From the NCBI GenBank assembly GCA_963422395.1, contig OY729431.1, positions 832,001-896,000 of the forward strand: a stretch of 64,000 nucleotides of DNA, in the 5' to 3' direction. A program made the translations under genes and the position numbers. The stretch's first letter is position 1; each line of letters opens with the position of its first letter. Origin of the DNA: Vicinamibacteria bacterium (GTDB lineage Bacteria > Acidobacteriota > Vicinamibacteria > Marinacidobacterales > Marinacidobacteraceae). Under the pieces are notes generated by a model that saw nothing but the letters and a program-made list of their open reading frames with translations, made no database searches and had not been told where the DNA came from. Shown here one piece after another: positions 29,542 through 39,541 of this stretch.

Positions 29542-30708
29542 TCAGCGTACTGCGGCGGCGAGGTCGGCAGCGCGTCCGGTGTCTTCCCAGGGGCAGGAGG
29601 CGGCGTCGCCGCCGAAGTGGCCGTTTCGCGCGGTGTTCTCGTAGATCGGCCGCCGGAGGCCGAAGTGGGCGATGATCTCACGGGGAGTGAGCCCGAACAG
29701 CTCCGGCACCGCCCGTTCGATCGCGGCGTCGGGTGCGGTTCCGGTGCCGAAGGTGTCCACTCGCACCGAGACCGGTTCGGCGCGCCCGATCGCGTAGGCG
29801 AGCTGTACTTCGGCACGGCGCGCAAGGCCTGCCGCGACGATGTTCTTCGCGATGTAGCGGGCGAGGTAGGCCGCCGATCGGTCCACTTTCGTGGGATCCT
29901 TTCCCGAGAAAGCTCCCCCCCCGTGGCGAGCCATCCCGCCGTAGGTGTCCACGATGATCTTCCGGCCGGTGAGCCCGCAGTCGGCTGCCGGCCCTCCCTC
30001 CACGAATTTTCCGGTCGGATTGACGAGGACTCGCAACGATGCGCTCCGGGAGTAGGCTTCGAGCACCGGGCGGACGACCCGCTCTTCCACATCGCGGGCT
30101 ACCCGGCTGGTGGCGTCCGCAGCGTGCTGCGCCGACACCACCGCGGTGGGGACCGACAGAGGATTCCCGTCTGCGGCGTAGGCCACCGTGACCTGGGCCT
30201 TGCCGTCGGGCCCGAGGTACGGGATCTCGCCGCTCCGCCGCATCGCGGTGAGCCGCCTGGAGATCCGGTGGGCGAGTGTGATCGGCAGCGGCATCAATTC
30301 CGATGTTTCGTCGCAGGCGAATCCGAACATCATTCCCTGGTCGCCGGCGCCTCCGCTGTCCACCCCCATCGCGATGTCTGCCGTCTGCCCTCGCAGGTGT
30401 ACCCCCACTTCCACGCGGTCCGCATCGAATTCGTCCTCCCTGCCGGTGTATCCGATACGGCGGATCGTGTTCCGCACTACGGCCTCGATCTCGCTCGGAG
30501 AAGGCGGCTCCCGTGAGGTCGTCTCCCCGGCGATGACGGCCATTCCGGCACGCACCAGCGTTTCGCAGGCGACCCGAGAGTCCGGGTCGCGCGACAGGAA
30601 GGCATCGAGAACCGCATCGGAAATCTGGTCGGCCACCTTGTCGGGGTGGCCCTCGGTAACCGATTCCGAGGTGAAGAGCTTCGCTCCGTCGGGCTGGGGC
30701 TCGCTCAC
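29542..30708 (-). CDS. metK: S-adenosylmethionine synthase
   Basis: FTSESVTEGHPDK, GAGDQG, GGGAFSGKD. Confidence 0.97.
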   Translation of the reverse strand: MSEPQPDGAKLFTSESVTEGHPDKVADQISDAVLDAFLSRDPDSRVACETLVRAGMAVIAGETTSREPPSPSEIEAVVRNTIRRIGYTGREDEFDADRVEVGVHLRGQTADIAMGVDSGGAGDQGMMFGFACDETSELMPLPITLAHRISRRLTAMRRSGEIPYLGPDGKAQVTVAYAADGNPLSVPTAVVSAQHAADATSRVARDVEERVVRPVLEAYSRSASLRVLVNPTGKFVEGGPAADCGLTGRKIIVDTYGGMARHGGGAFSGKDPTKVDRSAAYLARYIAKNIVAAGLARRAEVQLAYAIGRAEPVSVRVDTFGTGTAPDAAIERAVPELFGLTPREIIAHFGLRRPIYENTARNGHFGGDAASCPWEDTGRAADLAAAVR

Positions 30709-30804
30709 CGGGCGGCTTTCTCGATTGGCGGGGGACGGCGACCCTCGAGAGTCGCCCCACGGAACTTCTGTATGGGGCGGCAATGGTAGCAGCGGCCGCC
30801 TCCG

Positions 30805-32013
30805 GTGGGTCCGGCTTCGGGCAGGGGAGAACGCGGCTTCGGGAGGCCCCTTCTGGTCGTGACCCCCGGCGGCTCGCGGCCCACCGCCGTCCTTCTGGTG
30901 GCCGGGAAGTCGAAGCGGGCATGGCCGCTGACCGCGGAAATCCCCAAGCCGCTCCTGCCGCTCTGGGGGCGCCCGCTCCTCGAACGAGTTCTCGACCAAC
31001 TGCGGGGGATCGTGGACACTGCTGTTTTGGTGCTCGGATACCAAAAGGACCGCATCCTCGAGCACTTCGGGGAGCAGTATCGGGGGATCCGTCTGGTGCC
31101 GGTGGTCCAGCGGCGCGCGCGCGGCACCGCGGATGCTCTCCGGATCGCCGCCTCCGCGGTCGACAACCGGGTGCTCGTCCTCAACGGCGACGACTTCTAC
31201 CACGGCGAGGACCTGGCCCGCCTCGCCGAGCCGGAGACGGCCATCCTCTGCCGGGAGGTCAGCGATCCGTGGAGCCGCGCCACGGTGACGGTGGCCGGCG
31301 ACGACCAGCTCGTGGACATCGTGGAAAAGCCGCCGGGAGCTCGGCCCGGCGCGCTTTGCAGTATCGGCGCCTACTCGCTCGCCCGCGAGGATCTCGATCA
31401 CCTCGGCGAGGTCGGGGAGAGCATCCGGGGAGAACTCGAGCTGCCGGATCTGATCCGCATCCTGATCCGGCTCGGGCGGGTGAAGGTCGTGCGCGCTCGT
31501 CGACCGTGGATTCCCCTCACCTACCCGTGGGACATCATCGGGCGGATCGTTCCGCTGTTCGGCGGCGATCCGCCCGGAGAGGGCGCCCGCGCCCTCGACT
31601 TCGAGACCTCTTCGGGCGAGTTCGGTGGGGAGGCGGTCTGGGTCGCCGATGGTGCGAGCGTCCATCCTGCAGCAAAGCTGTCCGGCCCGGTCGGAGTGGG
31701 TCCCGGCGCGATGATCGGCGCCGGCGCCCAGGTAGAACGCACGGTCCTGCTCGATGGCGCCAGGATCGGGCGCTCGGCGCTGGTTCAGGACAGCGTGCTC
31801 GGTCCGGGAGCAGTCGTCGGCGACGGGGCCCGGCTGGTTTCGGGGCCGGTGGAACGCATCCGCGTGCTGCGGCACCTCGCCCGGGTCGAGGCTCCGCGCG
31901 TGGGCGCCTGTCTCGGCGCCCGCGCTTCGGTGGCGCCCGGCGGGGTGACTCTTCCCGGCGCCCTGCTCGCCCCGGGAGCGAGGTTCGAAGTCAACCCTGC
32001 CGGCGGCACATGA
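30805..32013 (+). CDS. Sugar-phosphate nucleotidyltransferase with hexapeptide-repeat tail (archaeal GlmU-like)
   Basis: LVAGKSKR.WPLT..PKPLL, GTADA, LNGDD, IVEKP, RGELEL; start uncertain. Confidence 0.75.
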   Translation: MGPASGRGERGFGRPLLVVTPGGSRPTAVLLVAGKSKRAWPLTAEIPKPLLPLWGRPLLERVLDQLRGIVDTAVLVLGYQKDRILEHFGEQYRGIRLVPVVQRRARGTADALRIAASAVDNRVLVLNGDDFYHGEDLARLAEPETAILCREVSDPWSRATVTVAGDDQLVDIVEKPPGARPGALCSIGAYSLAREDLDHLGEVGESIRGELELPDLIRILIRLGRVKVVRARRPWIPLTYPWDIIGRIVPLFGGDPPGEGARALDFETSSGEFGGEAVWVADGASVHPAAKLSGPVGVGPGAMIGAGAQVERTVLLDGARIGRSALVQDSVLGPGAVVGDGARLVSGPVERIRVLRHLARVEAPRVGACLGARASVAPGGVTLPGALLAPGARFEVNPAGGT

Positions 32014-34285
32014 GCGAGATCGAAGCCAGACTGAAGAGGAGGTTGGGAGACCAGGCGGCGAGTGCCGGATCGAGAAGCTCCGCATCGCCCAGGAAGCTGA
32101 AGAAGTGGGTGGCGATCAGGTAGATGATTCCGATGGCGAGCGCGATCGCGGCGCCCGCCACCGCACCCCGGTTCGTGCTCCGGAAGGCGAAGGGAACGGC
32201 GATCAGCACCGCGACCAGCGAAGCGATGGGCAGCGACGCCTTGGTGTGGAGGTCCACCAGGAGGTCCGGGGCGCGGTGCCCGGCTGTTTGGACGATGGCG
32301 ATGCGGTCTCGCAGTTCGGGATAGGGGAGATGGTCGGGGGCGATCTCCTCCTGGAGGAACGCCCCGGGTGGTGGAACTCCGGGAAACGCGCGAACCGCGA
32401 AGGGGCTTGGGGGGCTGCCCCCGGCGAACTCGCGCTGCCAGCCCCCGATCGCCGTCCACGACCGATCGGCCGGCGACCAGTGGGCGGAAGCGGCGTACCG
32501 GCGGGCGGTGAGGGAAGATCCATCCGTCGCGGTCTCGAAGACCGAAAGCCCGCTGAGCACCTCGTTGTCCTGGTCGAACTCGCGGTAATGGAAGATCGTT
32601 CCCCCGGGGCCGATCCTCCAGTGCTGCTCGAGGGGATCGAGGGAGCGGATGCGCAGCCCCCGGATCCGCGCTCCGAGGTCTTCGCTCTGGGGACCGGCGA
32701 TCGGAAGGAGCATTTCCTGGATCGCGAGCCCGCCGGCCGCCGCCGCGAGACCTACGGCGAGGGTGGGGACTGCCAGACGACTGCGGCTCACTCCGCCGGC
32801 GAGGAAGGCCGTCAGTTCGCTGTGACGGCTCAGGACGCCGAAGGTCACCAGCGTTGCCGCGAGAGTCGCGAGGGGAAGCATCTGGATCGTGAACTCGGGG
32901 AGCGATAGCCCGAGGTAGCGGGCGAGCAGGGAGCCCGGGGCTTCGTGATCGAAGGCGTCTCCGATCATCGCGGTCAGGCGGCCGATCGTCTGCACTGCGA
33001 CGAGCGCGGCCAGCGAAATGATGAAGAACCGCGCGAACTGGGTGATCACATAGCGGTCGAGCAGCGTCGGCAGGCCGGGAAGGCGAAGCCGTCGCCGCCG
33101 GGCAGTGCGGGGCCGGTATCCCGGCGCCTGCGGCAGGAAGAGAGCGCCCGCCCGCCGAAACCACCGGGCGAGCGCCCCCAGCGGATCCAGTTCCCGCGCG
33201 GTCGAGAGCAGCAGGAGCACGCCGAGGGCGGCGGCGAGGAAGTTGGCGGCCCACACCGCCAGCCAGGCGGGCAGCTCGCCGTCCACCGCGAGCTGTTCCC
33301 CGAAGGTGAGGGGAATGTAGTAACCGAAGACCACCAGCACCGCGGCGGCGAAGGCGCCGGCGCGCGCCGATCCGGGGGAGGGGCGGAGTCCGAGGCCGAG
33401 GCCGAGCAGCCCGAAGGCGAGACAGGCGAAGGGCAGTGCGAATTTCTTGTGGATCTCCACCAGATAGACCGGGTGCGCGGTGGCCGCGAAAGCGGTTGCC
33501 AGGTCCGGCAGCGACATGGCGCGGGCGCTCTGCCGAGGGCTCACCGCTTCGGGCCCGAAGACGCTCAGGGCGTCGAGCGGCAGCCGGATTTCCGATGCCC
33601 GCTGGATGCGGTAGCGGCTGGGGTTTTCGAGTGCGGCGTTGTGCACTTCCACGGCGTCGAGCTCGATCAGGGCGATGCGGTCCTCGGGCACCGTCACCAG
33701 CCTCCCGCGCTCGGCGACGAAGATCGTGGGATCGGCGCTCCTCTCGGTGTCGGCGAGAAAAACCTGCCGCCAGCCGTTCTCGTTCGGTGGGGTTTCGCCC
33801 ACCAGCAGTACCCGGCCGTCGAGCAGTTCGTCGTAGAAGATTCGGGGTTCGATCTGGGTCCGGAGGCGCGAGCTGAGCAGTTCGTCCGAGAGTTCCACGA
33901 ATCGACGGTTCGAGCGCGGGACCACCTCTAGCATGAGTGTGCTCGACAGCACGAACCCCATCGCCGAGGCCGCCGCGATCGGCAGCAAAAGCCGGCCGGG
34001 AGAGAGGCCGCCGGCCCGCATCGCGATCAGTTCGTGGCCGCTCGTGAGCCGGTGCAGCGCGAGCAGGATTCCGAAGATCAGCGCGCTGGGGATCGCGACC
34101 ACGAGCAGTCCCGGCATCAGGTGGACGAGGGCGAGTCCCACAGTGGCCGGATCGGCGCCTTGGGTCACCAGGAGTTGTATGTTCCGCACCAGCTCGTTCA
34201 TGAGCAGGGCGAACAGGAAGACTCCGGTGCCGAGCAGGATGCCGGGAGCGATCAGGCGGAGGATGTAGCGGTCGAGAAGTCCCAC
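31991..34285 (-). CDS. Fused LptF/LptG LPS export permease
   Basis: Two tandem YjgP/Q domains, each starting LLDRYI/LLDRYV and containing EL.A..AGG. Confidence 0.9.
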   Translation of the reverse strand: MGLLDRYILRLIAPGILLGTGVFLFALLMNELVRNIQLLVTQGADPATVGLALVHLMPGLLVVAIPSALIFGILLALHRLTSGHELIAMRAGGLSPGRLLLPIAAASAMGFVLSSTLMLEVVPRSNRRFVELSDELLSSRLRTQIEPRIFYDELLDGRVLLVGETPPNENGWRQVFLADTERSADPTIFVAERGRLVTVPEDRIALIELDAVEVHNAALENPSRYRIQRASEIRLPLDALSVFGPEAVSPRQSARAMSLPDLATAFAATAHPVYLVEIHKKFALPFACLAFGLLGLGLGLRPSPGSARAGAFAAAVLVVFGYYIPLTFGEQLAVDGELPAWLAVWAANFLAAALGVLLLLSTARELDPLGALARWFRRAGALFLPQAPGYRPRTARRRRLRLPGLPTLLDRYVITQFARFFIISLAALVAVQTIGRLTAMIGDAFDHEAPGSLLARYLGLSLPEFTIQMLPLATLAATLVTFGVLSRHSELTAFLAGGVSRSRLAVPTLAVGLAAAAGGLAIQEMLLPIAGPQSEDLGARIRGLRIRSLDPLEQHWRIGPGGTIFHYREFDQDNEVLSGLSVFETATDGSSLTARRYAASAHWSPADRSWTAIGGWQREFAGGSPPSPFAVRAFPGVPPPGAFLQEEIAPDHLPYPELRDRIAIVQTAGHRAPDLLVDLHTKASLPIASLVAVLIAVPFAFRSTNRGAVAGAAIALAIGIIYLIATHFFSFLGDAELLDPALAAWSPNLLFSLASISLMCRRQG

Positions 34286-34312
34286 GAGACTCCGCGATTG
34301 TAGGAAGCTCTC

Positions 34313-34495
34313 GGTCCGAGCGGTCCGGGAGCGGGGCGTCAGGATTGCGTCGGGCGTTCTCGGGGGAGGAGCGGGACACCCCGCTCCCGAAGCGCCCGGC
34401 GCTGCGCGCCGGGAATCCGAACTGCTGCCGGAGGCAGCGAGTTCGGATTCCGGGTCACGAATTCGTGAAAGGGGGTGGACCCCATTTCACACATT
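34313..34495 (+). repeat. Dispersed partial copy of family A repeat
   Basis: Same hairpins, with the compensatory variant gaatccgaac..gttcggattc. Confidence 0.9.
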
Positions 34496-34693
34496 GCATG
34501 CGATGTCGCGTGGCGGTGGGGAGGCCCCGGTCACGCTTCTCTCCGCGACCATGGAGTCCGGCCTACCGTATATGGGGGCAGGCCTGGGTCAGAGGCACAA
34601 GATGTTGGGGTTTGGCGCGTTGATCTCTAGAATAGGACTTGCCTTGCGAGGGGACGCGCGACGGGGTATCGAGGCGCGGAAGGGAATTATCCA

Positions 34694-37600
34694 GTGAGAA
34701 TCGAGCGGCTGGAAATCGCCGGATTCAAGAGCTTTCCGGAGCAGGTGACCCTCGACTTCCATTCCGGCGCCACTGCGGTCGTGGGACCGAACGGCTGCGG
34801 CAAGAGCAACATCGCCGACGCCATCCTCTGGGTGCTCGGCGAGCTCGGAGCCGGGACGATCCGCGCCCGCGGGAAGGATCTGATCTTCAGCGGGAGCGCG
34901 TTGCGCCCGCCGCTCGGACTCGCGGAGGTCCGGCTGCAGATCCGGGGCGTCGCGCCACCGGTTTCGTCGTCGGGCGGCGCTGGCCGGAACGGGGCGGCTG
35001 CGGGAGAAGATGCCGGTGGATCGACCCGGGAGGTGTTGGTGACCCGGCGGGTGGACGCCAGCGGACAGTCTGCTTACGAAATGGAGGGCCGGCGTTCGAC
35101 GCGCCGGGAGATCCGGAGGCTCTTCGCCGGCACGGGGCTCGGGGACGGCTCCTACGCGCTGATCGAGCAGGGCCGCGCCCACGAAGTGCTCACCGCGAAG
35201 CCCGACGAGCTGCGGCTCCTGGTAGAGGAAGCTGCCGGACTCGGCGCGTACCGGCTCAACCGCCGCGAGAGCGAGTCCAACCTGCGCACCGCCGAGAGGT
35301 CGCTCATGCAGGTCCGCGAACGGCTTCAAGAGCTGAACCGGCACATCCGTCAGGCCCGCCGGGATTCGCGCAACGCGAGCCGCATTCGAGAGATCGCCAG
35401 CCGGATCCGCTTGCTCGGGATCGCCGCGCAGGCGGCGCGCCGGGATGAACTGCTTCGGCGCATTCGGGACGGCACGGCTCCCGAGACCGGTCTCTCTGCC
35501 GAGCGGGCGAGGCGGAGAACGAGCCTCGCGGCATTCGAGCGTTTTCTCGACGACCTCCGCGGGCACCGGGAGCAGTCGGAGGGAAAGCTGCGGCAGGCGA
35601 CCCGCCGACTGGGCGAGCTGAGAAGCGCCGGAGCCCGGGCGGAAGCGCTTCTGGACGAGGGAGAGCGGGCGGCGTCGCTGCGGGCCGAGCAGCTGGCGCG
35701 CCTCGACGCGGAGGAGATCGATCTTCGTGATCGCCTTCGCCGCCGGGATGCCGATCTGGCGGATCGAGCCCGCCGCGCCCGGGAATTCCCGGATCTGCTC
35801 GAGCGCCTGGGCGCAGCGGTGGACGAACTCGCGAGTCGGCGCCGTGCCGCGAGCGCCGCCGAACGGGACTGCTATCGGAATCTCGAGGAAACGCGGCGCG
35901 AACGTGACCGTCTGGAAGCGGCCGCGGGAGCGTTCCGCTCGTCTTCGGCGGAGCACGAGCAGCAGCGCGAGCGGCTTGCTGCGGCCGGGCTCGCCCTCGC
36001 CGGCGCGCAGCGGGAACTCGAGGCGCGCCAGGAGCACGCCCGCATGGTTCGTTCCCAGGCGGACGCGCGACGCCGCGAACAGGCGCAGTCGAGATCCCGG
36101 ATCGCGGGGCAGCTCGAAGACGCCGCGGAGCGTCGGGACCGCTCCGGCGCTCGGCTGGAGGCGGCGCGCAAGGCAGAGGAGGCGCTGCGGCAGGAGCGGG
36201 ATGCGCTGGAGGCTCGTCTCGCTTCGCTGAAAGCACTCGTCCTTTCCCGGGAGCAGCTCGGAGAAGGCGCCTCGCGCATCCTCGAGGCGGCGCGCCGGCT
36301 CGACCTATCGATCGGAGACCCGGTGGGCGAGACCGTCGAGGTGGCGAGCGGCTACGAGCGCGCCGCGGAGCGGGTGCTCGGAGTCCACCGGATCTGGCTC
36401 GACCGCGCGGACGATCTCCCGCGGCTGGTCGAGGAGCTGGGAGGGGAGGATTCCGTTCCTGGCGAGGTGCTGGTCCGCGAATTCGTCGAAGCCTCCGGGC
36501 CGTCGGAATCCGGAACCGGAACCCGGGAGCAGCCCCCTCCGGGGGGGGAGTGGCTTCGAGACCAGGTGGCTGCCTGTGCCCCGGGACTCGCTGCCGCGAT
36601 TCCGAACGCGACTGTAGTTCCTGACCTCGAAACGGCGCTGTCATCCTTTGCGGCCCGCCCGGCGCTCTATGTGACGCGGGGGGGAGCGAGCGTGGCACGG
36701 CCGGGGGTAGTGCGTTTCGGCCGCGGCGGTCCCGGCGAGGGATTTCTCGCGGCGCGCCGGGAAGTGGCCGGACTCGAGCGAGAACGCCGGGAATTCGAAC
36801 GGCGGCTCGAAGAGCTCACGGCCGTCCGGGCGGCCGCGGAGGGAACGGCCGCCGCCGCGGGGCGGGCGTACGAGGAACTCCGCGAGGCGCTCGTACGAGC
36901 TGAAGGAGTCGCCGAACGATTGCGGCTCGAATACGAGCGCAGCGACGACAACGCCCGCGAGGTGGAGCGCCGCCTGGAGGAACTCGCCGCTGAGGCTTCC
37001 GTCCATGCCGAAGATTCCCGGCGCAACGAGGAAGCGGGCTCCCGGGCGCTGGCTGCCCTCGACAGGGACGCCGGCTGCTTGGAGAAAACAGTTCGGGCGC
37101 TTGCCGCGGAAGAGAAGCAGCTGGCCTCGGCGAGGGAGCAATTCGCCGCTGCCGAGAAGGGCTGGCGGGAAGCGGACCGCGAGTGGACCCGGCAGAAGGC
37201 AGTGGCCGAAGAGTTACGCCGGCAAACCGGCGCCTGGGAACGGCACCAGCAGGAAGAGAACCGGCGGCTCGAACGAATCGCCCGCGATCGGGCCGCCCTC
37301 GCGCGGGAGAGCGAACGGTGGAAGGAGCGGCGGGAAGCTGCCCTCGCGCAGCGCGCGGCGTCCGCATCGGGAACGGCCGAATGGGAAGCCCGCGAACAGC
37401 GCCTCGGTGAGATCGTCGGCGAGCTCGGAGCGCGACTCGAAGAAACCGCTGCCGCCGCCCGCCGCCGCCGCGCCGAACTCGACGGGGTCGAGGAACGGCT
37501 CGCCGCGGCGAGCCGCGAGGTCTCCGAAGCGCGCAGCCTGCTCGCCGATCTGGAGAGCGAGTTCCGCCGCGAGAGCGGCCTTCGCCTGGCCGAAGAATCC

Positions 37601-38419
37601 GCTGGTCTGCCTCCGGCCCTCCGCGGGAAGACCCGAGAAGAATTGACGGCGGAGCTCGACGCGGCCCGGGGGGAGATCGAGGCGCTCGGACCCGTTAACG
37701 AGGTTGCGGAAGCCCGGCTTCGCGAGCTCGAGGCGGAACGGAGCGGACCGGCTTCCCGGCTGCACGATGTGGAACGGGGCATTGCGGACGGGTTGAAGGC
37801 GATGGAGAGGCAGGACCGCGATGCACGCCGCATCTTCAGGGAGGGTTTCGCTGCGGTGAACGCCGGCTTCGACGATGCCTTTCGTCGGCTTTTCGGCGGC
37901 GGCCGCGCCGAGCTGCGGCTCGTGGCGCCGCGCCGCGCGGCAGATGCGGAAGAGGACCCCGCGTGGACGGAGAACGGAACCGATAGCCGAGACGAACGGC
38001 CGGGCGCCGGACGCTTCGGGATCGAGATCGCTGCGGAACCCCCCGGGAAAAAGCTGCAGAGCGTGCGGCTCCTTTCCGGAGGGGAAAAAGCTTTGACCGC
38101 GCTCGCCTTCCTCATCGCCATCTTCCGCTATCGACCGGCCCCTTTCTGTCTGCTGGACGAAGTGGACGCTCCCCTCGATGACGCCAATGTGCAGCGTTTC
38201 GTCGCTCTGCTCGGGGAGCTGAAGCAGGACACTCAGCTCGTCGTCATCACCCACAACCGGCTCACGATGGAGGCATGCGAACATCTCTATGGAGTGACGA
38301 TGGAGGAACCGGGAGTTTCCCGGTTGCTCTCGGTGCAACTCGATGACGAAGAGTCGGAAGAGTGGATCGCCGGGACATCGGCTACCGCACCCGGCGGTTC
38401 CGGTCTCCCGGCGCACTGA
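34694..38419 (+). CDS. smc: Chromosome segregation protein SMC
   Basis: GFKSF, GPNGCGKSN Walker A, LSGGEK, LDEVDAPLD, long coiled coils. Confidence 0.93.
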   Translation: MRIERLEIAGFKSFPEQVTLDFHSGATAVVGPNGCGKSNIADAILWVLGELGAGTIRARGKDLIFSGSALRPPLGLAEVRLQIRGVAPPVSSSGGAGRNGAAAGEDAGGSTREVLVTRRVDASGQSAYEMEGRRSTRREIRRLFAGTGLGDGSYALIEQGRAHEVLTAKPDELRLLVEEAAGLGAYRLNRRESESNLRTAERSLMQVRERLQELNRHIRQARRDSRNASRIREIASRIRLLGIAAQAARRDELLRRIRDGTAPETGLSAERARRRTSLAAFERFLDDLRGHREQSEGKLRQATRRLGELRSAGARAEALLDEGERAASLRAEQLARLDAEEIDLRDRLRRRDADLADRARRAREFPDLLERLGAAVDELASRRRAASAAERDCYRNLEETRRERDRLEAAAGAFRSSSAEHEQQRERLAAAGLALAGAQRELEARQEHARMVRSQADARRREQAQSRSRIAGQLEDAAERRDRSGARLEAARKAEEALRQERDALEARLASLKALVLSREQLGEGASRILEAARRLDLSIGDPVGETVEVASGYERAAERVLGVHRIWLDRADDLPRLVEELGGEDSVPGEVLVREFVEASGPSESGTGTREQPPPGGEWLRDQVAACAPGLAAAIPNATVVPDLETALSSFAARPALYVTRGGASVARPGVVRFGRGGPGEGFLAARREVAGLERERREFERRLEELTAVRAAAEGTAAAAGRAYEELREALVRAEGVAERLRLEYERSDDNAREVERRLEELAAEASVHAEDSRRNEEAGSRALAALDRDAGCLEKTVRALAAEEKQLASAREQFAAAEKGWREADREWTRQKAVAEELRRQTGAWERHQQEENRRLERIARDRAALARESERWKERREAALAQRAASASGTAEWEAREQRLGEIVGELGARLEETAAAARRRRAELDGVEERLAAASREVSEARSLLADLESEFRRESGLRLAEESAGLPPALRGKTREELTAELDAARGEIEALGPVNEVAEARLRELEAERSGPASRLHDVERGIADGLKAMERQDRDARRIFREGFAAVNAGFDDAFRRLFGGGRAELRLVAPRRAADAEEDPAWTENGTDSRDERPGAGRFGIEIAAEPPGKKLQSVRLLSGGEKALTALAFLIAIFRYRPAPFCLLDEVDAPLDDANVQRFVALLGELKQDTQLVVITHNRLTMEACEHLYGVTMEEPGVSRLLSVQLDDEESEEWIAGTSATAPGGSGLPAH

Positions 38420-38424
38420 TCGCA

Positions 38425-39438
38425 ATGGCGGGCCGGCGGGCGCCCGATCCCCCGTTGCGGGCGATGGTGTTCGCTGCCGGACGCGGAGACCGGATGGGCC
38501 CGCTCACCGCCAGGCGCGCCAAGCCGGCCCTGCCGTTCTGCCGGACGCCGCTGCTGGAGCGCATTCTGGACTGGCTCGCCGACAGCGGCGTCGAGGAAGC
38601 GGTGGTGAACCTGCACCACTGCCCGGAGACGATCGAGGCAGTGCTCCGGAAGGCGGAAAACAGCGGAGCGGCGCCGCTGCGCCTCTATCGATCCCGGGAG
38701 GCCGAACTGCTCGGCACCTCGGGAGGCCTTTCGCGGGCAAGCGAGCAGTTCCCCGCGCTCGCCAGGACGACCGGTAGGCTTCTGGTGCTGAACGGAGATA
38801 CCCTGCCGACTCTCCGCCTCGAGAGAATGGTTCGGTTCCACCGTCTGAGCGGCGGCGAAGCCACTCTGCTCGCGGACCCTGCTCCCGGCCCGGAATTCGC
38901 CGGCGAGCGGCGGCTCGATGCCGACGAAGCCGGGGTGATCACCGGACTCAGCGGGGCGGGGGGTCCCGGATTCGGTTTCGCGGGAGTCTGGCTCCTCGAA
39001 CCGACTGCGCTTCGCCATCTGAGCGGGAGGAGCGGCGGCCTCTCGGGTGATCTGCTGCCCGGGCTGATCCGCAGTGGAACCGGACGGGCTTTTCCCAGCC
39101 GCGCTCCCTGGTTCGAAATCGGAACTCCGGCCCGCTATCTGGAAGCGTCGCTCCGCGCGCTCGATCGCAGGATGGCCGCGGGTCCACCCGAAGGCGGCAT
39201 CCGGGCTGCGCCCGGGGCACGGGTGACCCACCCCGAACTCGTCTCTCCTGGCTGCTCCCTCGATCCGGGAGCGCGGGTCGAACGGTCGGTGCTGCTCGAA
39301 GAGGTGTCCATCGGAGCGGGAGCCCTCGTCTGTGAATCGGTGGTTGCGTCAGGAGAGACGGTTCCGGCCGGGGCGGTCGTTCGCGACGCCCTCTTCGCCA
39401 GGGGAATCGCCCTGCCGCTCGCAGGTTCCCCGGCATGA
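38425..39438 (+). CDS. NDP-sugar synthase / MurU-like nucleotidyltransferase
   Basis: AMVFAAGRGDRMGPLT..KP, VVNLHH, LLGTSGG, WFEIGTP. Confidence 0.8.
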   Translation: MAGRRAPDPPLRAMVFAAGRGDRMGPLTARRAKPALPFCRTPLLERILDWLADSGVEEAVVNLHHCPETIEAVLRKAENSGAAPLRLYRSREAELLGTSGGLSRASEQFPALARTTGRLLVLNGDTLPTLRLERMVRFHRLSGGEATLLADPAPGPEFAGERRLDADEAGVITGLSGAGGPGFGFAGVWLLEPTALRHLSGRSGGLSGDLLPGLIRSGTGRAFPSRAPWFEIGTPARYLEASLRALDRRMAAGPPEGGIRAAPGARVTHPELVSPGCSLDPGARVERSVLLEEVSIGAGALVCESVVASGETVPAGAVVRDALFARGIALPLAGSPA

Positions 39439-39541
39439 TGGGCGGCGGTGAGGAAAGCCATGGATGCCGGGAGGCGGCGCGGAGCGCGGCCGCCGGTGGT
39501 CAGGCCCGAGTACCGATGCCGGGTGCTGGTGGCGCGGGCCG

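Noticed and set aside
27460-30516. Very long antisense ORFs (e.g. 1018 aa opposite valS/metK; others opposite pnp, infB and the TonB receptor)
   Set aside because: Typical high-GC shadow frames with no recognisable motifs.
31991-34285. LptF-LptG fusion as a novelty
   Set aside because: I recall this fusion as common in Acidobacteriota, so it was used only as a taxonomic hint.
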